DNA of 32,000 nucleotides from the NCBI RefSeq assembly GCF_000146505.1, contig NC_017448.1, positions 1,290,001-1,322,000 of the forward strand, written 5' to 3'. The DNA is from Fibrobacter succinogenes subsp. succinogenes S85 (GTDB lineage Bacteria; Fibrobacterota; Fibrobacteria; Fibrobacterales; Fibrobacteraceae). Made by a program: the position numbers and the translations under genes. Position 1 is the first letter of the stretch. The number at the start of each line of letters is the position of its first letter. A model generated the notes under the pieces. It ran no database searches. It was not told the origin of the DNA and worked only from the letters and a program-made list of their open reading frames with translations. Below, piece after piece: positions 16,919 through 24,632 of this stretch.

Positions 16919-17065
16919 AGACGAAAGACGAGAGATAGACTGTAGGAAGTAGACGGTAGGAAGTCATTAGTCGGCAGAACTTAGTTGGCAGAACTTAGTC
17001 GGTACAGCGCAAAGCGAAAGCGATATTCTAAGCTCTAAGTTCTAAGTTCTAAGTTCTAAATTGCT
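16919..17065. repeat. Composite tract of period-7/14 micro-arrays (21 consecutive heptads)
   Basis: Read in one register, the tract is: agacgaa agacgag agataga / ctgtagg aagtaga cggtagg aagtcat / tagtcgg cagaact tagttgg cagaact tagtcgg / tacagcg caaagcg aaagcga / tattcta agctcta agttcta agttcta agttcta aattgct. Confidence 0.85.
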
Positions 17066-17070
17066 ATATT
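17061..17070 (+). promoter_or_regulatory. Candidate extended -10 promoter (TTGCTATATT) for thrC
   Basis: TG-c-TATATT ends 28 nt upstream of the thrC ATG, and SD-like AAGAGGA lies between them. It is an inverted copy of the 10-mer at 16863-16872. Confidence 0.4.
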
Positions 17071-17098
17071 TGCCTCGTAAAAATTCAAGAGGATTACT

Positions 17099-18439
17099 AT
17101 GTCTCAGTTTAACGCTCATTTTAGAAACATCAACGGCGACGATACCTACCCGCTGACCGACGTCATTTACCGCAGCAAGGTGGACGGTAGCTTGCTCGAA
17201 GTCGAACACGACCGAGCAGCACTCGCCAGCCGCAGCCCGGAAGAATGGAAGAAGCTCTTTGCCGAACGCCGCATGAGCTTTAAGCCCGAAGACATGAGTG
17301 GTATTTGGAGCAAGCGCGAAATGGTGCTCCCGGATATTCCGGTCGAAGACATCGTCACCATGCGCGAAGGCTGGAGCCCGCTTTTTGACGCAGCCCCGCT
17401 CGCCAAGGAACTCGGCATCGGAAGCCTCAAGGTGAAGCTCTGCGGCAACTCCCACACGGGTTCTTTCAAGGACCTTGGCATGACCGTTCTCGTGAGCCAG
17501 GTGAATCACATCATCAAGAAGGGCATCCACCCGATTGACGCCGTCGCTTGCGCTTCTACCGGTGATACCTCTGCAGCCCTCAGCGCCTACTGCGCCAAGG
17601 CAGGCATTCCGTCTATCGTGTTCCTCCCGGCCGGCAAGACCAGCACTGCACAGCTCATCCAGCCGATTTCTAACGGCAGCATTGTGCTCGCTCTTGACAC
17701 CGACTTTGACGGTTGCATGAAGATCGTTCAGGAAGTCACGAAGGACAACCGCATTTACCTCGCCAACTCCATGAACAGCCTCCGCGTCGAAGGCCAGAAG
17801 ACGATTTCTCCGGAAATCTGCCAAGAACTCGGCTGGACCGTTCCGGACACCGTGATTATCCCGGGCGGTAACCTCGGTAACGTGAGCGCACTTGCCAAGG
17901 GCTTCGAAGACTGCAAGGCCATGGGCCTCATCGACCGCATCCCGCGCATCATCGTTGCTCAGGCAGAAAACGCCAATCCGTTCTACCAGGCATACGAACG
18001 TGGCTTTGACAAGCTCGTTCCGGTTCAGGCCAAGAAGACTCTCGCATCTGCTATCCAGATCGGTAACCCGGTCAGCTACCCGAAGGCAGTCCGCGCTATC
18101 CAGAAGACAAACGGCATGGTCGTAAGCGTCTCTGAAGAAGAACTCGCCAACGCAGCCCACCGCGGCGACCGCATCGGTCTCTACTGCTGCCCGCACACGG
18201 GTGTCGCTCTCGGCGCTCTCGAAAAGCTCGTCGCTGCAGGCAAGATTACGAAGGACGAAAACGTCGTCGTCATCAGCACGGCTCACGGTCTCAAGTTCAC
18301 GGAATTCAAGGTCGGATACCACGAACAGAAGCTCGAAAACATCGCCAGCAAGTACGCAAACCCGGTGTTCAAGGCTCCTGCCGAAATCGGTGCTGTCATG
18401 GACATCCTCACGAAGGAAATGGCAGCCCGCCGTCGCTAA
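17099..18439 (+). CDS. thrC: Threonine synthase
   Basis: 446-aa ORF. The PLP-lysine motif GNSHTGSFKDLGMTV, the ASTGDTSAA and GGNLGN glycine-rich loops, and the overall length fit long-form ThrC. The fully overlapping 474-aa minus-strand ORF is a codon-aligned mirror artefact. Confidence 0.92.
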   Translation: MSQFNAHFRNINGDDTYPLTDVIYRSKVDGSLLEVEHDRAALASRSPEEWKKLFAERRMSFKPEDMSGIWSKREMVLPDIPVEDIVTMREGWSPLFDAAPLAKELGIGSLKVKLCGNSHTGSFKDLGMTVLVSQVNHIIKKGIHPIDAVACASTGDTSAALSAYCAKAGIPSIVFLPAGKTSTAQLIQPISNGSIVLALDTDFDGCMKIVQEVTKDNRIYLANSMNSLRVEGQKTISPEICQELGWTVPDTVIIPGGNLGNVSALAKGFEDCKAMGLIDRIPRIIVAQAENANPFYQAYERGFDKLVPVQAKKTLASAIQIGNPVSYPKAVRAIQKTNGMVVSVSEEELANAAHRGDRIGLYCCPHTGVALGALEKLVAAGKITKDENVVVISTAHGLKFTEFKVGYHEQKLENIASKYANPVFKAPAEIGAVMDILTKEMAARRR

Positions 18440-18482
18440 TGCGCAAGCATTCGCTAACGCGAACATGATTTAGATACAAAGA

Positions 18483-18513
18483 GAGCGGCGCAATCGCGTC
18501 GCTCTTTCTTTTT
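18483..18513 (+). terminator. Rho-independent terminator after thrC
   Basis: GAGCGGCGC-aatc-GCGTCGCTC forms a 9-bp stem with one G-U pair and a 4-nt loop, followed by TTTCTTTTT. Confidence 0.65.
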
Positions 18514-18530
18514 GCATTTTTTCAACAAAC

Positions 18531-20000
18531 CTATTCTTTCACCAAGAATCCGGCAATGGACTTTTCACGGACAAACGTCTTCTTGGAAACGTTCTGTACA
18601 TCGGCGACATTCACCTTTTCCAAATTATCGGCCCAGTTGAGGAAAATGCGGTAGTCCCCATGAACTTCGTACCAGCCAAGCATGGTCGCCACGTTTTCCA
18701 TGTCAGTCAAGCTACGAACAAGCCCTGCATAAGCGCGGTTCTTGACTTTCTGGAATTCTCTAGCGCTGACTTGTTCATTCTTGAGTTTTTCAAGCTCTTC
18801 CCAAACGACTTTTTCAACCTTTTCGCGATTGGCATCCGGGCGGAGGTTCACGCGGACAGAGAATTCGGAAATGTACTTGTTCGGGCTATTGCTTGCGCTC
18901 ACGCCAACGGCAAGCTTTTCTTCTTCGACAAGGCGCTTGTAAAGGCGGCCAGAACGTCCGTTCAAAACACCCTCGGCAATGTCAAGCGCATAAAGCGTGC
19001 TATCGCCCACAGCCGGAGTCTTGAAGACTAGCGTATAAAGATTCGGAGCATCCTTGCGCTTGACGGTCAAACGCTTTTCACCCGCCTGTTCCGGATCGCG
19101 AACGGTAAGCGGAGGGAAAGCTTCGCCAGCCGGAATCGGAGCAAAATACTTCTTGACAACCTTCATCGTTTCAAGCGTATCCAAGTCACCCGCCATCACG
19201 AGAATTGCATTACGCGGCTTATAGTACTTGCGGTAATGTTCTTCGGCCTGTTCGCGAGTCAAGTTATCGATATCGCTCGGCCAGCCAATGGTCGGCACGC
19301 GGTACGGGAACGCCTCGTAAATCATGGAATTGAGCGTTTCATAGAAACGGCCCGTCGGACGGTCGTCATAGCGCATGCGACGTTCTTCACGGACGACAGA
19401 ACGTTCCGAATAGAACTCGCGCAACACAGCATTTTGCATGCGGTCAGATTCAAGCCACAGGAACAATTCAATCTTGTTCTTGGGGAGCGTCACCGTGTAT
19501 GCGGTCAGCAAGTCGCTTGTAAAAGCGTTAAGACCTGTTCCGCCAGCAGCCTGATAGGCGCCCCACAACTCGTCCTTGATAAAAATCTTGCGATGTTCGT
19601 TCAGAACGGAATCGTGTTCAGCGGTCAGCTTTTTGACAAGAGCCGTATCGCCTGCAATTTTTGCAGGGCGAATCAAAGCCTGCAAGGAATCCTGAGTCGC
19701 CATGAACCGGACATCGGCAACACTATCGGATACGCCGACCTTCTTTGTACCCTTGAAAAGCTCATGTTCCAAAATGTGAGCCAAGCCCGACTTGCCGGGA
19801 ACTTCATGGACAGAGCCGGTCACGTAAAACAGGCGGCAACTCACCGTTGGCGCTTGCTTGTTCGGATACAGAAGTACAGTCAGTCCATTATCAAGGACTT
19901 CCTTATGCACGGGCAAATTTACCGCCGCCGCAGACGTCCCCGTCAACAACGCAGGAACAAACGCGCAGCACATAGCAATTCTAGCGAAAAGTTTTCTCAT
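18531..20000 (-). CDS. Secreted M16-family (pitrilysin/insulinase-like) zinc peptidase
   Basis: It carries the inverted zinc motif HxxEH in GLAHILEHELFKGT. The signal peptide is MRKLFARIAMCCAFVPALLTGTSAAA. The track start at 20009 is a TTG; I use the ATG three codons in (complement of 19998-20000). Confidence 0.85.
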   Translation of the reverse strand: MRKLFARIAMCCAFVPALLTGTSAAAVNLPVHKEVLDNGLTVLLYPNKQAPTVSCRLFYVTGSVHEVPGKSGLAHILEHELFKGTKKVGVSDSVADVRFMATQDSLQALIRPAKIAGDTALVKKLTAEHDSVLNEHRKIFIKDELWGAYQAAGGTGLNAFTSDLLTAYTVTLPKNKIELFLWLESDRMQNAVLREFYSERSVVREERRMRYDDRPTGRFYETLNSMIYEAFPYRVPTIGWPSDIDNLTREQAEEHYRKYYKPRNAILVMAGDLDTLETMKVVKKYFAPIPAGEAFPPLTVRDPEQAGEKRLTVKRKDAPNLYTLVFKTPAVGDSTLYALDIAEGVLNGRSGRLYKRLVEEEKLAVGVSASNSPNKYISEFSVRVNLRPDANREKVEKVVWEELEKLKNEQVSAREFQKVKNRAYAGLVRSLTDMENVATMLGWYEVHGDYRIFLNWADNLEKVNVADVQNVSKKTFVREKSIAGFLVKE

Positions 20001-20035
20001 GCTAGACAATTTAGATAATTTCTAAAAAACAGTGA

Positions 20036-20060
20036 TAACGAAAAGGGGCATCAGCCCCTA
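20036..20060 (-). terminator. Terminator-like hairpin after the M6 protease gene
   Basis: On the minus strand, AGGGGC-tgat-GCCCCT followed by TTTCGTT lies immediately after the TGA stop. It is a short 6-bp stem and leaves very little room for an independent M16 promoter, so it may be only partial. Confidence 0.4.
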
Positions 20061-20063
20061 TTT

Positions 20064-22256
20064 TCAATTTGCACGGAGTTTATACGATTTTATCAAACGT
20101 CCGCCGTTTTCAAGCGTTGCAATGATAAACGACTTGCCACGCCACTTTTCCATGTGGATTTCACAGAATTCTCCATTAAACGAAGTCGTCTTAAGGAGCG
20201 TTCCGTTCGCATCAAACAGGTTGACAGTCTTTTTTCCTGTAAGCTTGGTTTCGATTCTCAAGACTCTGTCAGCCACCGAAAAGCGCACAGCCGAAGCAAC
20301 AGAAGTCTTTGTCATGCCCATTCCCTTGTAAGAAGACGAACTTACCATCGGTTCGGCAGCGCCACTCATAGAAACATCTGCACTCGAAGAACTGATACGG
20401 GTTGCAGAGCTACTTGAAACCGCAAGCACAGACTTCATACTTGACGAAGACTTTTCACTGGAGGAAGACTCCGCCGCGCTGGAAGAAGATACCTTCACAC
20501 TCGAAGAAGATGCTTTCGCGCTAGAAGAAGAGGACTCGGCAGAACTAGACGAAGATTCCACCACCGGAGAAATGCGGTCGCCACGAGTCTTGAACTCCAC
20601 ATGGCCATCAACAATCTTTATATCGTAGATTTCTAATTCAAGATTATCGCCAGCCCATGTCGTAAAGCCGTTAAAGCTATTGATTCGGCCCGTCGGGAAC
20701 GCATCATACGCCATCGTGTTCGCATCAGCAATGCCATCGGCCTCAATCAAATCGACACCCATCGGATCAGCCGCATTCACTTCGTTCGCCGTCCAGTTAT
20801 ATCGATTATAATTTATATGCCAAATCAGCAAGCCTTTATTCGGAAGAGCCTTGTCAAAGTTCTCCTTTAAACGGAACTCGATAAAATAATATTCATTATC
20901 GCTACCGGACGTCAATACAAGGCCATCATTTTCCTGAATGGACTTTAAGACAAACGTCGTATCCGAAATTTCTAGACGGCGCGGTTCAAGCCAACCCAAG
21001 CTGAATCGTTCAAACGCAGACATATTTGCAGGCGAGCATGACGTTGTATACGACCAATTTTGCGGGCAGTTATAAGACCCGGCATCCATCAAATCCCACC
21101 GTCCCGGAGTATAGCGAGCCTTCGTTCGGGAATTGTCGGCATAGACATCGTAATGATCCACGAGTCCAAGGACATGGCTAAATTCATGGCAGAACGTGCC
21201 AATGCCGTTCAACGCATCAGTCTTCTTATTGACCATATAGGCCTGTCCATCTATTTCAGGGGAACAGGCGTATTTACTCATGGAATAATTGCGAGTAAGG
21301 CGCTTCGGAGCATTATAGGAATGCGGCCAAATGGCAGACTGGACATCCGTATCTGCAGAACCCACTCCTGCATAAATCATATAGACAAAGTCAACAACAT
21401 GGTCGCCATCGCTATCATAAGGCGAAAAATCTACGTTTTGGGCGATGAGAGAATCCATCGCCTCTTTAACAGCCTTGACCGCACCCGCCGCCATATTTCT
21501 GGAATCAACAAGGGCGCCATACGAATCACGCGTCCCACTTAACGTTATCGGTCCGGCAACATCAAACGTCGGTCTATATTTGCCATTTGAATTTGCGATG
21601 AAAAAATCCCTAACGCTTCCAGACATATAATAATTAGAATACCCTTCCTGATTGAGGTAATTCAAATATTCTTCCTGGGCATTATCGCGTTTGAACTTGA
21701 CATCGCTAAACTGGACAAGAAGAACGAGCCCGCGGACATCGCCTTCTGTTTTGACAGTAGACATATTAGGGCGAGTAGGCCAGTTATTTGTGACAGCATC
21801 TTCCGTAGTCCATCCCCCCCAGCCAGGCCAACCATTAGCCTTCTGAGGCGTCGCAGTTGAAGACTGGAGCATCATGGGTCCCGAAGAGGAATCCGCCTGC
21901 TGTTCTTTAAGCTTTTTTAAACGATTTTCGTGAAATCTCTCCAAAATTTGGCGAGAATTGCGCTTTTTGAGGAAGTTTTTCTCTTTTGTGCCGCGTTTAG
22001 ACTTGGCATGGACTCGCATACCCGTCTTTTTGCCATGTTCGTCGGCATAATTCCAATAACCAGCGGAATCACGGACAACGAGCACACTATCTTCGCCTGT
22101 CAGCGTATAGTTAAAATGCTCGTTTCCAACCTTTCTAATCTGCACAACAGAGCCATCGGGCTGCGTTGAATTGATTAAAAACGGTGCAGCTTTAACGGCC
22201 CACACGGATGCGGAGCCGACTAAAGACCCAATCAATATGCACTTCCACCAACTCAT
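20064..22256 (-). CDS. Secreted M6-family (immune inhibitor A-like) metalloprotease with a Ser-rich linker and sorting-like C-terminal domain
   Basis: 730-aa ORF with a signal peptide MSWWKCILIGSLVGSASVWA. GTFCHEFSHVLGLVDHYD matches the M6 HExxHxxGxxD motif. A ~75-aa poly-Ser linker follows. The C-terminal tail is RIETKLTGKKTVNLFDANGTLLKTTSFNGEF...SFIIATLENGGRLIKSYKL. Confidence 0.85.
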   Translation of the reverse strand: MSWWKCILIGSLVGSASVWAVKAAPFLINSTQPDGSVVQIRKVGNEHFNYTLTGEDSVLVVRDSAGYWNYADEHGKKTGMRVHAKSKRGTKEKNFLKKRNSRQILERFHENRLKKLKEQQADSSSGPMMLQSSTATPQKANGWPGWGGWTTEDAVTNNWPTRPNMSTVKTEGDVRGLVLLVQFSDVKFKRDNAQEEYLNYLNQEGYSNYYMSGSVRDFFIANSNGKYRPTFDVAGPITLSGTRDSYGALVDSRNMAAGAVKAVKEAMDSLIAQNVDFSPYDSDGDHVVDFVYMIYAGVGSADTDVQSAIWPHSYNAPKRLTRNYSMSKYACSPEIDGQAYMVNKKTDALNGIGTFCHEFSHVLGLVDHYDVYADNSRTKARYTPGRWDLMDAGSYNCPQNWSYTTSCSPANMSAFERFSLGWLEPRRLEISDTTFVLKSIQENDGLVLTSGSDNEYYFIEFRLKENFDKALPNKGLLIWHINYNRYNWTANEVNAADPMGVDLIEADGIADANTMAYDAFPTGRINSFNGFTTWAGDNLELEIYDIKIVDGHVEFKTRGDRISPVVESSSSSAESSSSSAKASSSSVKVSSSSAAESSSSEKSSSSMKSVLAVSSSSATRISSSSADVSMSGAAEPMVSSSSYKGMGMTKTSVASAVRFSVADRVLRIETKLTGKKTVNLFDANGTLLKTTSFNGEFCEIHMEKWRGKSFIIATLENGGRLIKSYKLRAN

Positions 22257-22372
22257 ACTATAAACATATATTCAGAATTGGGGATGAGCAAAAAAACAAT
22301 ATGTTTTTTACATGTTTTTCGTTGACAGAACGCCAACAGGCCGCAATAACCGCGACAAAACGTTACAGTACC

Positions 22373-23242
22373 CTACATTTTGGACAAGGCGAGCAAGGCA
22401 CCACCACAAAGAATGACAGAAACTGCAATGGCAAGCTTAATTCGCTCCGGTTTTGTCGGGTATTCGTGGAAAACCACCACTCCCCAAAGCAAGTTCACGA
22501 GCAAGTTCAATTGCGTGAGCGGGTAACCAACGGCATAGCCCAAAGCGCCATTCGAATCGATGGCCCAGAAACAACCATGCTGCCCGATGACCCACAAGAC
22601 ACCCATAAACATAGACGTGATGGACGGAGCAAGGCCGTATTCAAAAAACGCACGACGCTTTATACTCAAAATTGCGACCAAAAGTTCTGCAGAGACAAAA
22701 ATGCCTAAGGCAAACGAACCCATAAATTCAAGTATAGGGACATTGGCAAACTTATACGGAATGAGGAACAGCCCAAAGATGAGACCGCCCAAAAGCGAGC
22801 GCCAATTCCTAAAGATGTTCCCCTGCGGAGGGGCAAGCCTGCTCAAACCGAAAAGCAACAAAAGGATTGCCGGGATCGAAAAATAAAGCAGCGTGGATTC
22901 CGAGAAAATGAGCACGCCACTTACAAACGAAGCCAGGATGCTCACGCCCATCGAGCGCACACCGGCACCCGTCAAGTCCTGTTCTGCCTTGACCGCCCAG
23001 AAGCAGAACGCGCCTGCGCAAACCCAAAGGAATCCGCAAAGGAGACCGACCGGCAAAAGGCGGAACGAATCCGTCGCAAACGAAATACAAAGCTGACCGA
23101 TGAACATGCCCAAGGCCATGCAGGAGAGGTACGCCCACGACGAAAACTTGGACCAAGCCTTGAGAGGGACCATGTAAGTGCCGAACGCAAAGACGGCAAG
23201 AATGAGACCAACGTAACTATTTCCCAATGCAGAACCCCGCAA
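22373..23242 (-). CDS. DMT-superfamily permease (GRP/GlcU-like sugar uptake protein)
   Basis: 289-aa ORF with about 10 hydrophobic segments and two similar halves. Size and topology resemble GlcU-type transporters; this is a weak assignment by eye. The track start is a TTG that overlaps the mnmE 3' end by 26 nt, and the first ATG is 23 codons in (23173), so the start is uncertain. Confidence 0.6.
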   Translation of the reverse strand: MRGSALGNSYVGLILAVFAFGTYMVPLKAWSKFSSWAYLSCMALGMFIGQLCISFATDSFRLLPVGLLCGFLWVCAGAFCFWAVKAEQDLTGAGVRSMGVSILASFVSGVLIFSESTLLYFSIPAILLLLFGLSRLAPPQGNIFRNWRSLLGGLIFGLFLIPYKFANVPILEFMGSFALGIFVSAELLVAILSIKRRAFFEYGLAPSITSMFMGVLWVIGQHGCFWAIDSNGALGYAVGYPLTQLNLLVNLLWGVVVFHEYPTKPERIKLAIAVSVILCGGALLALSKM

Positions 23243-24599
23243 ATATTTGTTGTAAAACGTCTTCGGACGAGATTTCGCCCGTTATACTCTGGAGCGAACG
23301 GCGCACTAGTTGCATTTCAAAAGCCAAAAGTTCCACCGCCGGATTTGTGCGGATAAGGTTCAGCGCACGGTCAATACCCGCAAGAGCTTCTTCAAGGCAG
23401 GTCTTTTCGCGTTCGCTCGTAATCCAGAGGTCTTCGGAATTTTCCATTTTCTTGAAAAGGGCAGCGTTCATCGCACGCTTGAGTTCCGCGAGGCCCTCAC
23501 CTGTTTTGGAAGAAATGCGAATGCTCTCGCCTCTTTCGTCTCTCGTCTCTCGTCTTTCGTCTAATAAATCACTCTTCGAGATGACGACAATATCAGGTTG
23601 GGCCGCACCATTTTCCGGATGGCAAGATGCGCAGTTCTCGTCTAAACTACCATCCACAACCAGAATCTTCATGTCCGCTTCGGCGAGGATTTCCTTACTC
23701 TTTTCCATGCTGAGCGCATCGAGAGCATCGGTTGCCTTGTCCGCGATACCAGCGGTATCAACAAGGCGGATTTCACCGCCGTCCAGGAACAAGCGGACTT
23801 CGACAAAGTCGCGGGTCGTGCCAGGGATGTTGCTCACAAGGATTCGGTCTTCACCGAGAAGCGCATTCACGAGGCTCGACTTGCCCGCATTCGGAGCGCC
23901 GTACAAAACAGCAAGCGGCAAACGGCTGACCGCCGCCTTGCCCTTAAAACTTTTCAAAATGGATTCTACGCTTTCGCGAATCGCAGAAATTTTCACGCCC
24001 CAGGTCGCATAATCCGGGTCGGCTTCTTCTTCAGAGAAATCAACATCCAACTCAAGGCGTGCCGAGATATCCATGACCAGTTCCGTGAGCGTCTTGACTT
24101 TTTTCGAGAGCGCACCACCAAGCAAGCGATGAGCGTTCTTGAGTTCGTCACGGTTAGCGCTGTGGATCACATCGGCGACAGATTCCGCCTGCACCAAGTC
24201 CATGCGACCGTTCAAGAAAGCACGGCGCGTGTATTCGCCAGGTTCTGCCAAGCGCACGCCATCAACACTCTTAATGACCTGAATCAGTTCGCGGACGATA
24301 ATCGGGTTCCCGTGCGGGTAAAGTTCCAGCACGTCTTCGCCGGTATAGGAATTCGGACCTTCAAAAAAGATGTAGAGGAGGCTATCGATGACCAATGCTG
24401 TTGCGCGGTCTTCGCCGACCATTGTACGGTAATCCCTAGCGGTCGCAAGTTTAGCTTCGCGAGGCTTCAAATTCTTGATTGCCGATTCGCCGAACAAGAG
24501 GCGCACCACTTCGCGCACCTTCGAGCCACTCACGCGGATGGCGGCAACGGCACTCACGCCCGCAGGCGTCATCGGAGCAACAATCGTCTGAGAATCCAT
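23217..24599 (-). CDS. mnmE: tRNA uridine-5-carboxymethylaminomethyl modification GTPase MnmE
   Basis: It has G1 GAPNAGKSSLVNALL, G3 DTAGI, G4 SKSDL and the signature C-terminus FCIGK. I start at the internal ATG (complement of 24597-24599), giving MDSQTIVAPMTPAGVSAVAAIRVSG, the typical MnmE N-terminus. The 61-codon upstream extension in the track would overlap the divergent epimerase gene. Confidence 0.9.
   Translation of the reverse strand: MDSQTIVAPMTPAGVSAVAAIRVSGSKVREVVRLLFGESAIKNLKPREAKLATARDYRTMVGEDRATALVIDSLLYIFFEGPNSYTGEDVLELYPHGNPIIVRELIQVIKSVDGVRLAEPGEYTRRAFLNGRMDLVQAESVADVIHSANRDELKNAHRLLGGALSKKVKTLTELVMDISARLELDVDFSEEEADPDYATWGVKISAIRESVESILKSFKGKAAVSRLPLAVLYGAPNAGKSSLVNALLGEDRILVSNIPGTTRDFVEVRLFLDGGEIRLVDTAGIADKATDALDALSMEKSKEILAEADMKILVVDGSLDENCASCHPENGAAQPDIVVISKSDLLDERRETRDERGESIRISSKTGEGLAELKRAMNAALFKKMENSEDLWITSEREKTCLEEALAGIDRALNLIRTNPAVELLAFEMQLVRRSLQSITGEISSEDVLQQIFAGFCIGK
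23535..23562. repeat. Heptanucleotide array (AGACGAR x4 on the coding strand) inside mnmE
   Basis: The plus strand reads ttcgtct ctcgtct ctcgtct ttcgtct, preceded by two degenerate units. It encodes DERRETRDER in the G-domain. The reverse complement of 23546-23562 is identical to 16919-16935 (agacgaaagacgagaga). Confidence 0.8.
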
Positions 24600-24632
24600 A
24601 ATAGCAAAGATAGTAATTGCTAAATTAAAAAC

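Noticed and set aside
16919-17065. The repeat tract, considered as a CRISPR array, a riboswitch or attenuator for thrC, or a small RNA gene.
   Set aside because: The units are 7-14 nt with no spacers, so it is not a CRISPR array. I could not fold it into a conserved riboswitch-like structure or find a leader peptide with Thr/Ile codons. It also appears to lie upstream of the thrC -10 element, so it is probably not in the thrC transcript. It is kept as an unexplained repeat finding instead.
24602-24622. A TAGCAA-N9-TTGCTA inverted repeat in the 33-nt mnmE/epimerase divergent spacer.
   Set aside because: The arms are 6 bp in AT-rich sequence, which is within chance expectation. There is no second copy in the window.
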